Shown here: positions 25,801 through 37,800 of the stretch, piece by piece | Numbering within the stretch: position 1 is the first letter of the stretch | Layout of the letters: the number at the start of each line of letters is the position of its first letter | From: Marsupella aquatica | Taxonomy: Eukaryota > Plantae > Marchantiophyta | Length of the DNA: 64,000 bases | NCBI GenBank assembly: GCA_973895155.1 | Contig: OZ316892.1 | Coordinates: forward strand, 17,970,357 to 18,034,356 | Reading direction: 5' to 3' | The notes under the pieces: model-generated | What the model was told of the DNA's origin: nothing | The model's database searches: none | Seen by the model: only the letters and a program-made list of their open reading frames with translations | Position numbers and translations under genes: made by a program

Positions 25801-28800
25801 AGGGTCGGCTTTAGCCTCTCCGAAACTGCCCTTATGGGAAGAACCTTCTGCCAATTCACTGATTGTCATCGCACAGACCTGAATTTGTCTTAGTCATAAG
25901 CCTGCTCATCATTGTTGACGACTAATTGGAAGGACAGAATTATGCGCTCTAAAAACAAACAGGGTTGAATGTTTATTTTGCCACTCTTTTGCAACCACTT
26001 AGGACGTGGGTCATTGCCGGTGTTTGTGAAGACGAGGAGACGCAGCCTCATATGCCAAGTTAAAGGACCTCGGCGTCAAAATTTCTTATCCTCGTCTTGA
26101 AAGACTTCCAATCCGTCGATGGATGTCTACGAAGCCGACACATGTCAAGCAATGGAATTTGACCCTGGTTTGTGGACAGTGTAAAAGGGAGCTGCTAGAA
26201 GGTCGTGGCCAGAGTTAAGAAGGGCCAACGGATCTTCTTGCCGTTAACATGCAGTGAACGAAGCAAAAACCAATTACTTTGGATGAGCTCTGGCCATTGG
26301 GTTATCACTGCAAAAGACAATTTTCAGCGTTTTGTAAATATTGTTCCATGTTTTTTTAGGAAACTTCTTCAACAATGTGAGTGCGTTTTGGGGGAGATTT
26401 GAGGGTTGGAACGCAACCAAGTTATGGCTCGATGGCTGGGGCCCGGGTCGTCTATATTGCGAATTGCAAATGGCTGCAATAAGCTAGATCAGATTACTTA
26501 ACTTGCCTTGTAAGATTTGCGTGAATGTAGTAAGTTAGTAAGTTGCATATAGTAGAAGATGAATCACTGGTGTTCCTTCGAATTTGTCTGTATCCTGAGA
26601 TATGGTTGCTGTTTTGATTGCCAGATTGAACCCATGGGAGGGAAGTGCAGGTGCCTTTTTGTCTCTTGTACCACAATTTGCAGTCGCACTTATTGCTGCC
26701 TGCGCGTTGTATCAAGAGCAGCAACAATACCGGGCAGCTGGGCAACTAGAGTGGGGTCGGTTGCTCTTGAACTTCATTTCCGCTGTCAGGGCAATACACG
26801 GGAATCTTGCTAAGGATGGCTTCTGAATATTGAGTTGTCTGGCTCCTTCTAATTATTCACTGAAGAGTCGAGTGTCATGATCTGTCTCCAGCTTTATTCA
26901 ACATCTGCTGCTGGATTCCTACACTATGACCTGAATCAGTCGCTGATTACTTGCACGTTGCAGAAAGAGAAGGGCCGAACTGGAGAGCAACTTTGATGAG
27001 TCTTTTGCTACCCACTGCTCAAATACTCGTTGGAGTTGCTCGTCCTTCGTGGATAGCTCTACCCTATTTTGTTTGGAGTTGTGTTGGTCTTTTGTACTGG
27101 TCTGTGACTAGCACCAATGCTGGCCTGACCTGGTATATACTCTCACCTAAGCACCATCCTTTGCTCAAGATGTCCAAATTTCAATTTAAATGTAGTGGAA
27201 TGAAAAGGTATCTTTGGAAGTTCAACCTCTTCATTGGTTGCAGCTGGTTTTTGTTTGAAAGTACGACTGTATTGCTCTCACAATGGTTGCTTACGGGTTT
27301 TAGCTTTTCTATTTCTATTTTCCTGGGTCGCAAGACCTCGAACGAATTTTAGTTTCTTTTGCTTATCCTGCAAGGTAGCTGGAAGTACGCCCAAAAATTA
27401 CAGTATAACCTGACAAAGTGTGACTTGAACTGCCTACAGGGTTTGGAAGCCCTTACTGTGGTGTACAGGATCACACATCCTCTTGCTATATGTATATCAA
27501 CTTCCGATTGCATATCCGGACAGCATATTGGACGTGGCAAACTACGTTGGACTTTTCAGGGCATCAGACAAGGATTTTGGTTGGCCTGAGGGTGCCCAAG
27601 CTGGTGCTTTAATTGCTTTCTTCATCCTGGTACTATGCTTTTCATTCTTTAGGATACATTCAGACCCCGCATTCCTTCCGTCCACACAAAGTCCTGGAGT
27701 AAATTGTTCTAGCTGGAATGAAACAACGCATACAACCTTGGTCTAGTAGCCGTTTGCAATGATAGAGGATCTTTCTCCTCTGTCGTGATCTGCATTTCTT
27801 CGTTTTTCCTACTCCGGATGAGTAAATATCTTATATTTGTGCTTGTTGCTATTGGTTTTCTCTTACTTTTGGTGAGGAGGGTGTGAGGGCGTTTGGGCGA
27901 ATATTGCTGAGGACTTACGAAAATATCAAGGGGACCTTTGAACGAGGAAAACTTTGGTTTTTAAGTTTCTTAATGTGAGTGGCCATTTCAAATAATCAAA
28001 AACTTTTTAACTTGTGTTTCTTATCGCAGATGTGCTTTGCCATCACTGATCTTCAAGAGGAGCAACCCTCTCAAGGGTCTGCCTCTGAAGGATCTGCGGT
28101 CGAAAGCTCATTACCTAGATATCGCAGTGGCGTGATATCATCATCAAGTAGACATACATCAAACGATTCATTGACTGAAACGCTGCTGCCTTCCCAGGAT
28201 GAAGCATCTAGTAGGGAGACAATGTAATGTCCTCTAATGCCCTTGTTTTGCTTGTTTAGAAGTAATTTACGAACTTAGTCCTTCTCTCAATGTCAAGATT
28301 GTTTGACCAAATGATCAAACACTTTTACCCCCATTTCCACTGATTGCACCACCTGGAAAGTCTTCATTGGTTGGGCAATTGTACTTTGTAATCTTTCACA
28401 ATAAAGTGTGCTGGTTGAAGAACAGGATAACTTGATTGACATACCTGTCGACCGTGACAGTCAATTGGATTGAGAGAGTCAGAATGTTAATGTGTTAAGG
28501 ATCCAATAGAATAATTTTGGCTTCATGTAAAACTCGCGCCATTTTTGCAGGGGCTTAATCTGTCCAGTGCTCTTAGAGTGTCTGGTTCGCTGCATGCTTT
28601 CTTGATATAATGCTTGACACTTCATGGTCCAAATATTACTCTCTTGAATGCCATCTCACCGAATAGTCATTTCAATGGATACACTGGCTATGAATCAAAA
28701 CATAATCGAAGAACTTAAGAACTCAAAATCCATGTCAGCTGAAGCACGGAGTCGTGGTTTACCATTTCGATAGGTCAATATCTGAAGGAATTAACAGTTT

Positions 28801-31800
28801 TACGTGAGGAATCTGCTTAAATGATGACTTCACACAACGGGCTCGCGGGTTTGAACGATAGGCACTAGAATATGTCAAGCATGACCCGGTAATGTTAAAC
28901 CTTGTGAAAATATCCACCAATACGTTTCTTCAACGCTCTGTACTACGGAAAGGCTTGAACCAGAAATTCCCTGCCATCAAAAGGCCAAACTGCTTGTTAG
29001 TGGTTTGTAAATTCAGCGTCGGTTTAAGCTGGGTTGTACTGCCTTTGCAGACCCCTTTTAAGGCGGTGGGATGCTGATCAAAGACTAGCTATTGTATTTC
29101 AGCACGCGACAATCAACTTCATCACCTATGGCTTCCCTGTAAGAGAACCGCGGCCCCCCGCTCCCCCTCCCCCCCGCTGTAGATTTGCTTCGTTTTTCCA
29201 TTTAAAGTTGTGGTAAATCTTACTAGCATGAATCTCGCTCTGGACAATTCGAAGGAGACTGCTTCATGTCAATTACTATCTGGGCAGCGAAATCTTGTTT
29301 TCTGTAGCTAATATATGTCAGTGTCCACGACCCGCAGATACCAATCAGAGAAGGATTGAGCTGCTTCATGATTGTTCTGCTCTGGCAATCAGAATTTATT
29401 TTCTTCCCGTTCCTGTTTTGAAGTGCTGCGGAGGATGATTATTCCTGTAGTAACAGTGTTACCGGTGGATGAAACAGATCTGTCTTATTGCGCTTGTATG
29501 CTGGAGCTTTGTCTATGCAAGTCTCTGCGCATTTGGCCTGCTTCTCTATGTCGGCTATATCTTTTATGCGTTTCCATCAATTCACATATTGCGGCGGTTG
29601 AATCCAATCCTACTTGGATTCATTTTATCTTGGTCTCTCAGCACATACGTCTTCAATGCGGCCTTCACAGTCATTACTGAGCAATCCCAAATGGTTTCTA
29701 CTTTCTCCAAAGTCCTGCATGCTGGATTTCATTTTCGTAGTGTGAGGTCAAGTATGATAATGATAACCTACTAGAAATATCGAAGTTAGAACTTTCACGT
29801 GGATCTTGGTTTGCGATGCCTGTGTTTTTCATCACCTATAAGCTGAAGTCAGTCCAGGTTTCTCTCTAAATGTAAAGCATCGAAGGTAATTTCAGAGCTG
29901 TACCTTGTGGGTTCTTAGTTTCGCAATCGTTGAATCTAGAATGTCTGTACGTTTGTACCGTTCTTACGAACCACCTAGTCAATAGACTTGAGATCTGTAA
30001 GCAATAGTATAGGCAAAGAGGAAATAGACATTGACGATAGAAACTTATGGTACCGCCGAATCGTAGAGGACTAAGTAAATCACAAAGGGTAACATTTGCA
30101 GTGTCGTTACATAGTGCACTACACTCTACATGAAGTTTTCTAAAATTGCAAGATCAGGCGAAAGGGCAGTAAAGAGCCGTGTAGCTGGATAGGGTATGCC
30201 ATATTGCAAGGTTGTAAGACAAACAACTTCTTGTTTACATCGGACTTTGTACGTTGGGCAGGGAATGGAGATTTGGCACTCTATTGGATTGTGGCACTAC
30301 GCAACACCAGGGCTTTTCATCTTCGCCCAATTTGCCCTCGGAGTGCTAGTAGCAACTGACATTTTTGTAAGTAATCTTGTAATGAAAAATATGAGCGAGG
30401 CAGAGTCTCCTCCCAATGACGATCAAGGCCTCACTACCGGAGGTACACAGTCCTGATATTGTTTTGGTCTTAAAATTGCAATTCTTGAATTAGCTTACTT
30501 GTCAGATAAATTGATTTGTAAGACATTGTCAACTGTCAATAGTGCTGCTTGGGGACGACTTAATCATTTCTGCGGCATCATTGCAAGGGTTTGGGTTAGA
30601 ATATTCGCAACTTCCAATGTCTGTTAAGCCTCTCCATCCTCCGAAAAAGCTTCCTGTTTAACATAAAATTCGTTCTGGTTAGTGGATCCTGATAGCGGTT
30701 ATCTTCTTGTGCAGATCAGGAAGATTGGAAAACTCTTATATTGGCAGTACTTGCCTGGTGTTTGCGTAGAAGTGCATATGTTCTATCACTGGCTCTGATT
30801 TTTGTTGTGGGAATGAAAGATGGTCTACTCAATGCTGTCTATAGTAAGCGATCATTTTTTCCTCAATGACATTTGTCCTTAAGGATTTTGTAAGTGGATA
30901 CTAGAATACAACTGCAACTTCAAAGACCTAATGACCTAATCTGTGTGCCCGATTTATTATAAATTTATATGCGTCAGACATATGTTTATGAGTAACTCCA
31001 ATGCATGCTTTGATTAGAGCTGTTAAAAAATACCAGTGTCTCACTGGTTTGAAATGTCGTGTGGTATTGGCAGTGGGCTTTTTCCTTGTCTATTTGGTAA
31101 GCTCAGCAGTGGCGAAGCGAACCCGACAGCATCTAATTTTGTTTTGTGAAATTCATTTTGCTGCCCTCTATCTGCTACAACTCGATTGGATATCTGGAAT
31201 TTTAAAGGATCATGAGGCGCAATTGAAAACGGTACTTCTGCAATTAGGTGTGATGTTGACCTGAAGACTATCTAGTTTGCATCCTTCGCTTGAAGGGGTT
31301 CATGTTCTACTTTTATTGCCCACTACGAGCGTTGTTTTGTTCTTATATTCTGATGCTAGCATATTGAGACATGAGTGCTATTACAAGACCATCGATTCAA
31401 GGATACGTGAGTACTAGTCATCGTCTTTCTCCTGCCACAGAGCAGTAGCAGGAAAATAAATCAATGACTAATCTCCTTCTAAAGCTTTGAATCCTCACTG
31501 TTACAAGACCTGGAAATAAAGCGTGGACAAAAGACAGCTTGAAGCTCCTGCCTCTCCTTGTCACTGGAGGCAGGATGTTTATAACCTGCTACTACCTGAA
31601 ATAATACGACAGTCCAGTGCGTTCTTGGTTTTAGCTCCCTTTAATTACGAATCTGAACAATATTGCATCCTGAATTGATACAGGTCTCTGGGAAAAAGGG
31701 TCTTTCCAGGACTTTGTGAGCATTGCGCTCTTGCTGTGCTTCCTCGCGGTGCAAAGTCATGGAGTGAAGGTTTTGAGCTCTTTGTCGGCCACTATACAGC

Positions 31801-34800
31801 AGAGCTCCCAACCTCCTCTGGGCTGGGGAATATTGAGAGTGGGAAGTGGCAGGTCTGTTCTCTTATCAGTGTATGCATCTCAGAACTTCGGTGATCTTCA
31901 ACAAGAAAGCAGCAATAATGGTGCGTTGAGCTAATTCATAAGTTATAGTCTACTGTAGCATGTTTGTATTTCGTTTGAGTAGTCACCCCAAGTTATCTAT
32001 TTATCTTAGGGCGGAACTTCATTTCGAGCCCTCCGCGCTGATGTTCTGGAAGCTTGTCAACTTATCAATATTTAAAGCATGGTTGGTATGTTTTGGACAC
32101 AGTTTGGAATGTTTGTTGATAGCCCTATGCCGTCTGATGGCATCTGATAAAATGTTGAGAGCAATTGCACAGCACGATATTAAAATCCCCAAAGCTGCAA
32201 GGACTTCACAGCAAGGAGCTCATCAAGTATGTGCTAATTGTTACTATTTGCTACTTGCAGTAAACTGGGTTACAAAGAACCTTGCGGCTATTGCAGAACG
32301 CATCCGTTCAACATATCGATCTTTTGGCACACATATTGCTTATGGAACCGTCTTGACTGTGATTTATTTCGTGGAACCAAACTATATTTCCCTCGGGTAT
32401 CTTTGTCTTCTTCTAGTCTGGGTTATTGGGCGACAGATATTGGGTCATACGAAGGCTCCACTGTGGTACCCTTTGATGGTTTTTGCCGGTGTAGTTTTTG
32501 TCTTCCGGTATGCTTTGACTGCCATTCCAGCCTTGCAAGATTTCACAAGCGACTGGTTCTCTTTACACAAAGACTTCGGGTTTAACAAAGAAGCATCATT
32601 ACTGGGACACTTATGGGACTCATTGGCAATTCTTTGTGCTATGCAACTTTATCGGTTTGAGCGTTCACAAGTGGCAGTCTTGGTGGAAGAGGCAGATCAA
32701 TTGAATGACAGCATAACTTTACGTCATAGTGTTCTAGGCTTCATCAGGCGGTTTATAATACTACATTGTGGGAAGGTTCTCACCTTGTCAGTTTTCTACT
32801 CGTGTATCACCCCAGTGAGTGCAACTGGATTCCTCTATCTTGTGATGCTGATAATTACCTGCAACATGTCCAAGTCTTCTCGACTTCCTGCGCAATTATA
32901 CTCTGTTTACACGGGACTTTTGGCGGTCTCTGAGTATCTTTTCCAAATGCGGGGCAATGAAGCAAATATGTTCCCTGGGCAAAGTCACGGGGAATTTGCC
33001 CTGTGGATTGGATTTCGTGTGTACGGCACGGGTTTCATGGGCACAGAGTTGGGCCTTCGAACTAAAGTTCTTGTCCTCGTTGCCTGCATACTTCAGTACA
33101 CTTCATTTCATTGGCTGGATCAACTTCCATCTTCCCTCCGCACTCACGGGCAGTTTGAAGACCCTTGTCTGTTATTTCTCCCTTACCGTTACCGAAGTAA
33201 CATTTCTTTTCAGGCTTCCGTGGAATCCAATTCTGGATCAGAAAAAGCTCGAGACACGGTTGTTCAGGGTGCAATGAAAATCGGGCCACCAGATGTGCAG
33301 AATGGCGGCCAACCTGGAATCCTGCACAGAGAATCATCCAAAGTTAGTGAAGGCACGGACAAGGGGAAGACAGCCAAAAAATTGACTGTCGGATTACCAG
33401 ACATACGTTCAAGTTCCTTGAAATCACATATCAGGGAGGGTCCCGGAAGTTCAAGCTCAAGAGACACCGATGAGTTCCATAGCAACCCAAACTTAGGGTC
33501 TCCGTGGGGAAGTGCAAAGGAGTCACGACGGTGGACCAAAAGGGCAGAGTTCCTTGTCAAACAGGAAAGATACGAGGCACAGTTGCGCACCCTGAGCATT
33601 TATGTGAAACACACCCTTGAGAATTTCTTTCAACTCTATGGTTTAGAAGTGTGCATGTTGTCACTGCTAGTGGCTAGCTTTACGTTGCTAAATGTAATAT
33701 CCCTCTTCTACATCGTTGTCCTCGGGCTTTGCATACTCCTCAGCCGACCAACTCTACGCATCATTTGGCCGTTTTTTGTTATTTCCTTTGCTTTGGTGCT
33801 GGTCATGGAATATGCAGTTCTTGGAAAGAGCCCCCCATCATGGATAGTACCGCCGTCGCTGCATGAACCGGATATCCATTGCACTAATTGTGTATTCAGT
33901 TCAGCTGGTCATTCCGCCTATTGCTGGAAATGTTGGCTCGGTAAGTGCATTATTTGACAAAACGTTTTGTTCACAAGTTCGACAATAGCTTTGTAGGATG
34001 AGCTATCTCAATCGTTAGCGAGAGGTTGGTTGAGCGATCTCAATCGTCAGCTCTTCTTAGAATCTGAAATTCCACTTTGGGGCATGTCCTAGCTCACGCA
34101 GAAATAACTTGATGGACTAAATTGGCTGCTGAACTTCTTTTGCAGTTAAACGAAATCCATTTTGTTTGGTTTTGGCTAGGACATTAGCGTAGGATAAAGT
34201 GGATGGGACTGTTTTGAGTCATGAAACTATTTGTACCCATGCAGTTGATGATAGTCGTGGATGCAGAGCTGCTAAACCCTAGTGGCAATCAGATTTTTTG
34301 GAATTAGTTACTTTGCTTCCGGCTATCGTTGAACTTCAAATTCTCTTTGTACGAGTGCAATCATTTGCAAGTCACTGCTGGTGTTGAAAAGTGTTACTTT
34401 GAAAAGCAGTATGAAGGCTACGGTTGATTTTCATTAATAGATCAGGTTGGTTTTTCATGTGTACAGGTCTAGTTGTGGATGATAGGCAAATGTTGGCAGC
34501 CCATTTCATGGTGTTCTTTTTCACCTCGCTACAGCTGAGGGCCAACATGCTGGCTGGGAATCAGCTTTATCGATCTGTTCAGATGCTTATTCCACCCAGC
34601 GATAGATTGGCATGGAAAGAGATGTCATTTGAGACTTGTGGTCAATGGACATGGCTTGATCATGGAAGGTTCTTATTTTATCGGCATCTCTTACACGTGG
34701 TTCTCCTCTTGGTTTTTGCCACCGGGACCCTGCAATATGATGTCCTGCATTTGGGATATCTGACTTTTTCTCTCGTATTATTCCGAATGAGAAGTACCCT

Positions 34801-37800
34801 CATGATTAAGCGCAATTCCATCTTCAGGTTTCTACGCCTCTACAACTTCTTCCTCATTGGAGCATCCCTCATCTACCAAGCCCCCTACTTCGGCTACTTG
34901 AGCGGTGAAAAATGTGCAATAGTAGCTGATGTGTATAATATTGTTGGCCTTTACAAAATGAGATTTGGATTCCGCATAACGGCACGGTCTGCACTTGTGG
35001 ATATCACGATATTTTGTGTTGCTGGACTCCAAGCTTTTGTATTTCGATCCCGAGAGTTTGAACAAGTACTAAGGTATTTAGAGTCTCAACAAGTCGAGGC
35101 AAGAGCTCACGCTCAGGAAGACAAGGCGACTTGGAAAAAGGAGCATCTGCAGCGGATCCGAGCAACAGAGGAACAGAATTTGCAGCGGCGACTGCAGGTG
35201 GAGAAGATGAAGACAGACATGGTTCATCTTCAGCTTCGGTTGGATGTATTGAACTCTACAGGGAAATTCAACGACGTTGTCTCTCCAATGATCGAGCTTG
35301 ATGATCGTGGTGGTCACCATCCATCCTTTGCCCCTTTCTCACGTCCAGATTCAACAAGTGCACCTTCAACTGAAGAGCGACACACGCCCCATCGTATTCA
35401 AAAATTTCCCTCGGATTCCAATTTGCAAGGCATAAAAGATGAAGCAGTGATTATCACTCCTCCTCTCGACCTTTCTGATGAGCGAGTGGGATTGCATCAT
35501 GCGATTAGACGGAGAATAGTAAAACCTCAGATTCCTGATGCATCACAAAGCGAATACAACTCAATGGGAGCAGATGCATCGCCACGTCAACCTGATGTAC
35601 TTCGTCAAACGTTCTCTAGTTCTGACGTTCAGTCTGCAACTGTGGCTGCTGGTATTGAAAACTCCTTCCTTTCAACTTTATACGCTAATGATAAGAGGAA
35701 TGATGATCAGTCGCACAAGCAAATGGTCATTTCTGGCGTGCAACTGCTTGAAGATGGGGTGGCTCAGGTTCACAATCTTGGTAACAAAGCACTGGCAAAT
35801 CTTGTGGGACTCCTCAATTTGGAGCAAGTTGATAGAGACGATACTGAGAGCTCTTCAACAGACGATGAAGCTCGTACTGAGAATAAAGGAAATCCTTTCC
35901 CAAGTACAATTCCTGCTGCAAGCTCTCAGGATCACCAAGAGGCACGTCCTGCTGAAGCAGAGAAGTTGAGAATAAGTGATACATTGCGTCGGCTGTCTAT
36001 TTTGTATCGATACTTTTGGTCACAGATCGCATCGAATACAGACATTGTCTGCTATTTCTTTTTCGTTTTAGCATACATTTGGAACTTCAGTTTCCTCACA
36101 CTCATGTATCCTGCAGTGCTGTTCCTGTATGCACTGCTAGCCAACCCAGGGCCTAGTCAGCAATTTTGGTTTTTCATGCTAGTGTACACTGAACTCAATA
36201 TTTTACTTCAATATATGTACCAAATTCACGCGCAAAATTGTGATGGTCAGGAGGTATCTCAGTGGCTCCAAAAAATTGGTATTCCAGCATCTTCTATGAA
36301 ACACTCTTTCGTAATCAGTGTGCTTCCTCTATTTCTGGTCTACCTCACCACATTGGTGCAGAGTTCTATTAAAGCCAGAGATGGAGAGTGGATGTTTGTT
36401 GATGAGGGGAGAACATTCCTTTCGTCGAGACGGGTTCTGGATCCGGAAGGTCAGACTCATTATGCAAGTGCAAAAGAACGGTTATGGAAGGTTGTGAAGT
36501 CGATAAGAGATGCTATTTATACTGTTCGTAGAGGACTTTCTTGGTACTGGCGGGCACTGGGGAGTGGCTCGGAGGCTCCCCCACATTTTGTTCAAGTTTC
36601 ACTACACGTTGGAAAGTGGCCAGAGGACGGGATTCAGCCTGAGCGTATTGAGTCTCAATTCAACAGACTTCTTTCAGCAGTACATCAGCAGGCATTGCGG
36701 GGAGTGGGGAACACAATTGAAAAGGACCAGTGCAGCCGTGTTCGTGTGGAGAGTATAGAAAACAGTCCAGAAATGCATAGCACGGCTCTAGCTGTTTTAG
36801 AGGTGATCTATGCTGCACCACCCCAAGGAAGTCCATCTGGTAGAGATCATCAACATCTGACACCAGCAGCAGATGTTGCAGCAGAGTTACAGAAAGCTAA
36901 ATATGAAGGGCATGCTGAAGAGACGGGGTTTCCGTATCCAATAATGTCTGTAATTCCTGGTGGGAAAAGGGAGGTGGACTTGTATGCGCTGATATTCGGA
37001 ACAGATTTGGTAGCTTTCCTGTACGTGGCAGTCTTCTATCAGTCTGCAATCAAACATAGTTCACAGCTCCTTGAAGTGTATCAAGTAGAAGATCAATTTC
37101 CGAAGGAGTTTGTCTTTGCGCTAATGGTATGCAATCGTCTTTTCCAACCTTAACCCAATTATAGATCTTTGTATGTGCCTGAGTATACTTTTCGTAGTTG
37201 ATATCAGTATCTTTGAACACAGTTACTGACGTCAAGGAATTTTGACCAGCTGAAATTGACAGGGTAGTAGCGACCTTTTCTGCTAAGTGTCAATTGATAT
37301 ATAGGAGAGGCATTCGTTCCTGATCAAGGCTTTCTGATTGCAGACTTTGTTTTTCTTGATTATGGTCGACCGTGTGCTATACCTGTGCTCCTTTGCTACA
37401 GGGAAGGTCTTCTACTACTTTTTCGGGCTTGTGTTGTACACTGGCTATATTACTGGATTTGTGTGGGGAATCGTCAAAGCATCAGGAACTGATAATCAGC
37501 GGCATTTTTTGCTACTGCTACCCTTACGAGGGTTTTATTTGATAAAGGCTTTGTCATTCTCCTTGCAAGCTGTACAGCTGAAATATGGTTTACCTCACAA
37601 AAGTACTCTTTATGGACAATTTCTCACCAGGAAGATCAATTCTACTAGTTGGCTTGGTTTCCGCCTGTACAGATCGTTACCTTTCCTATATGAGCTTCGA
37701 TGTTTGCTTGATTGGTCTTGTACAACAACAGCTTTAACAATGTATGATTGGTTGAAGGTCAGTTACCCTTCTTTCTGTTACATTCCTCACCAAGGATGTC

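Noticed and set aside
26786-26796. Possible GC donor for PIEZO exon 4
   Set aside because: Wrong phase. A GT donor at 26756 keeps the frame.
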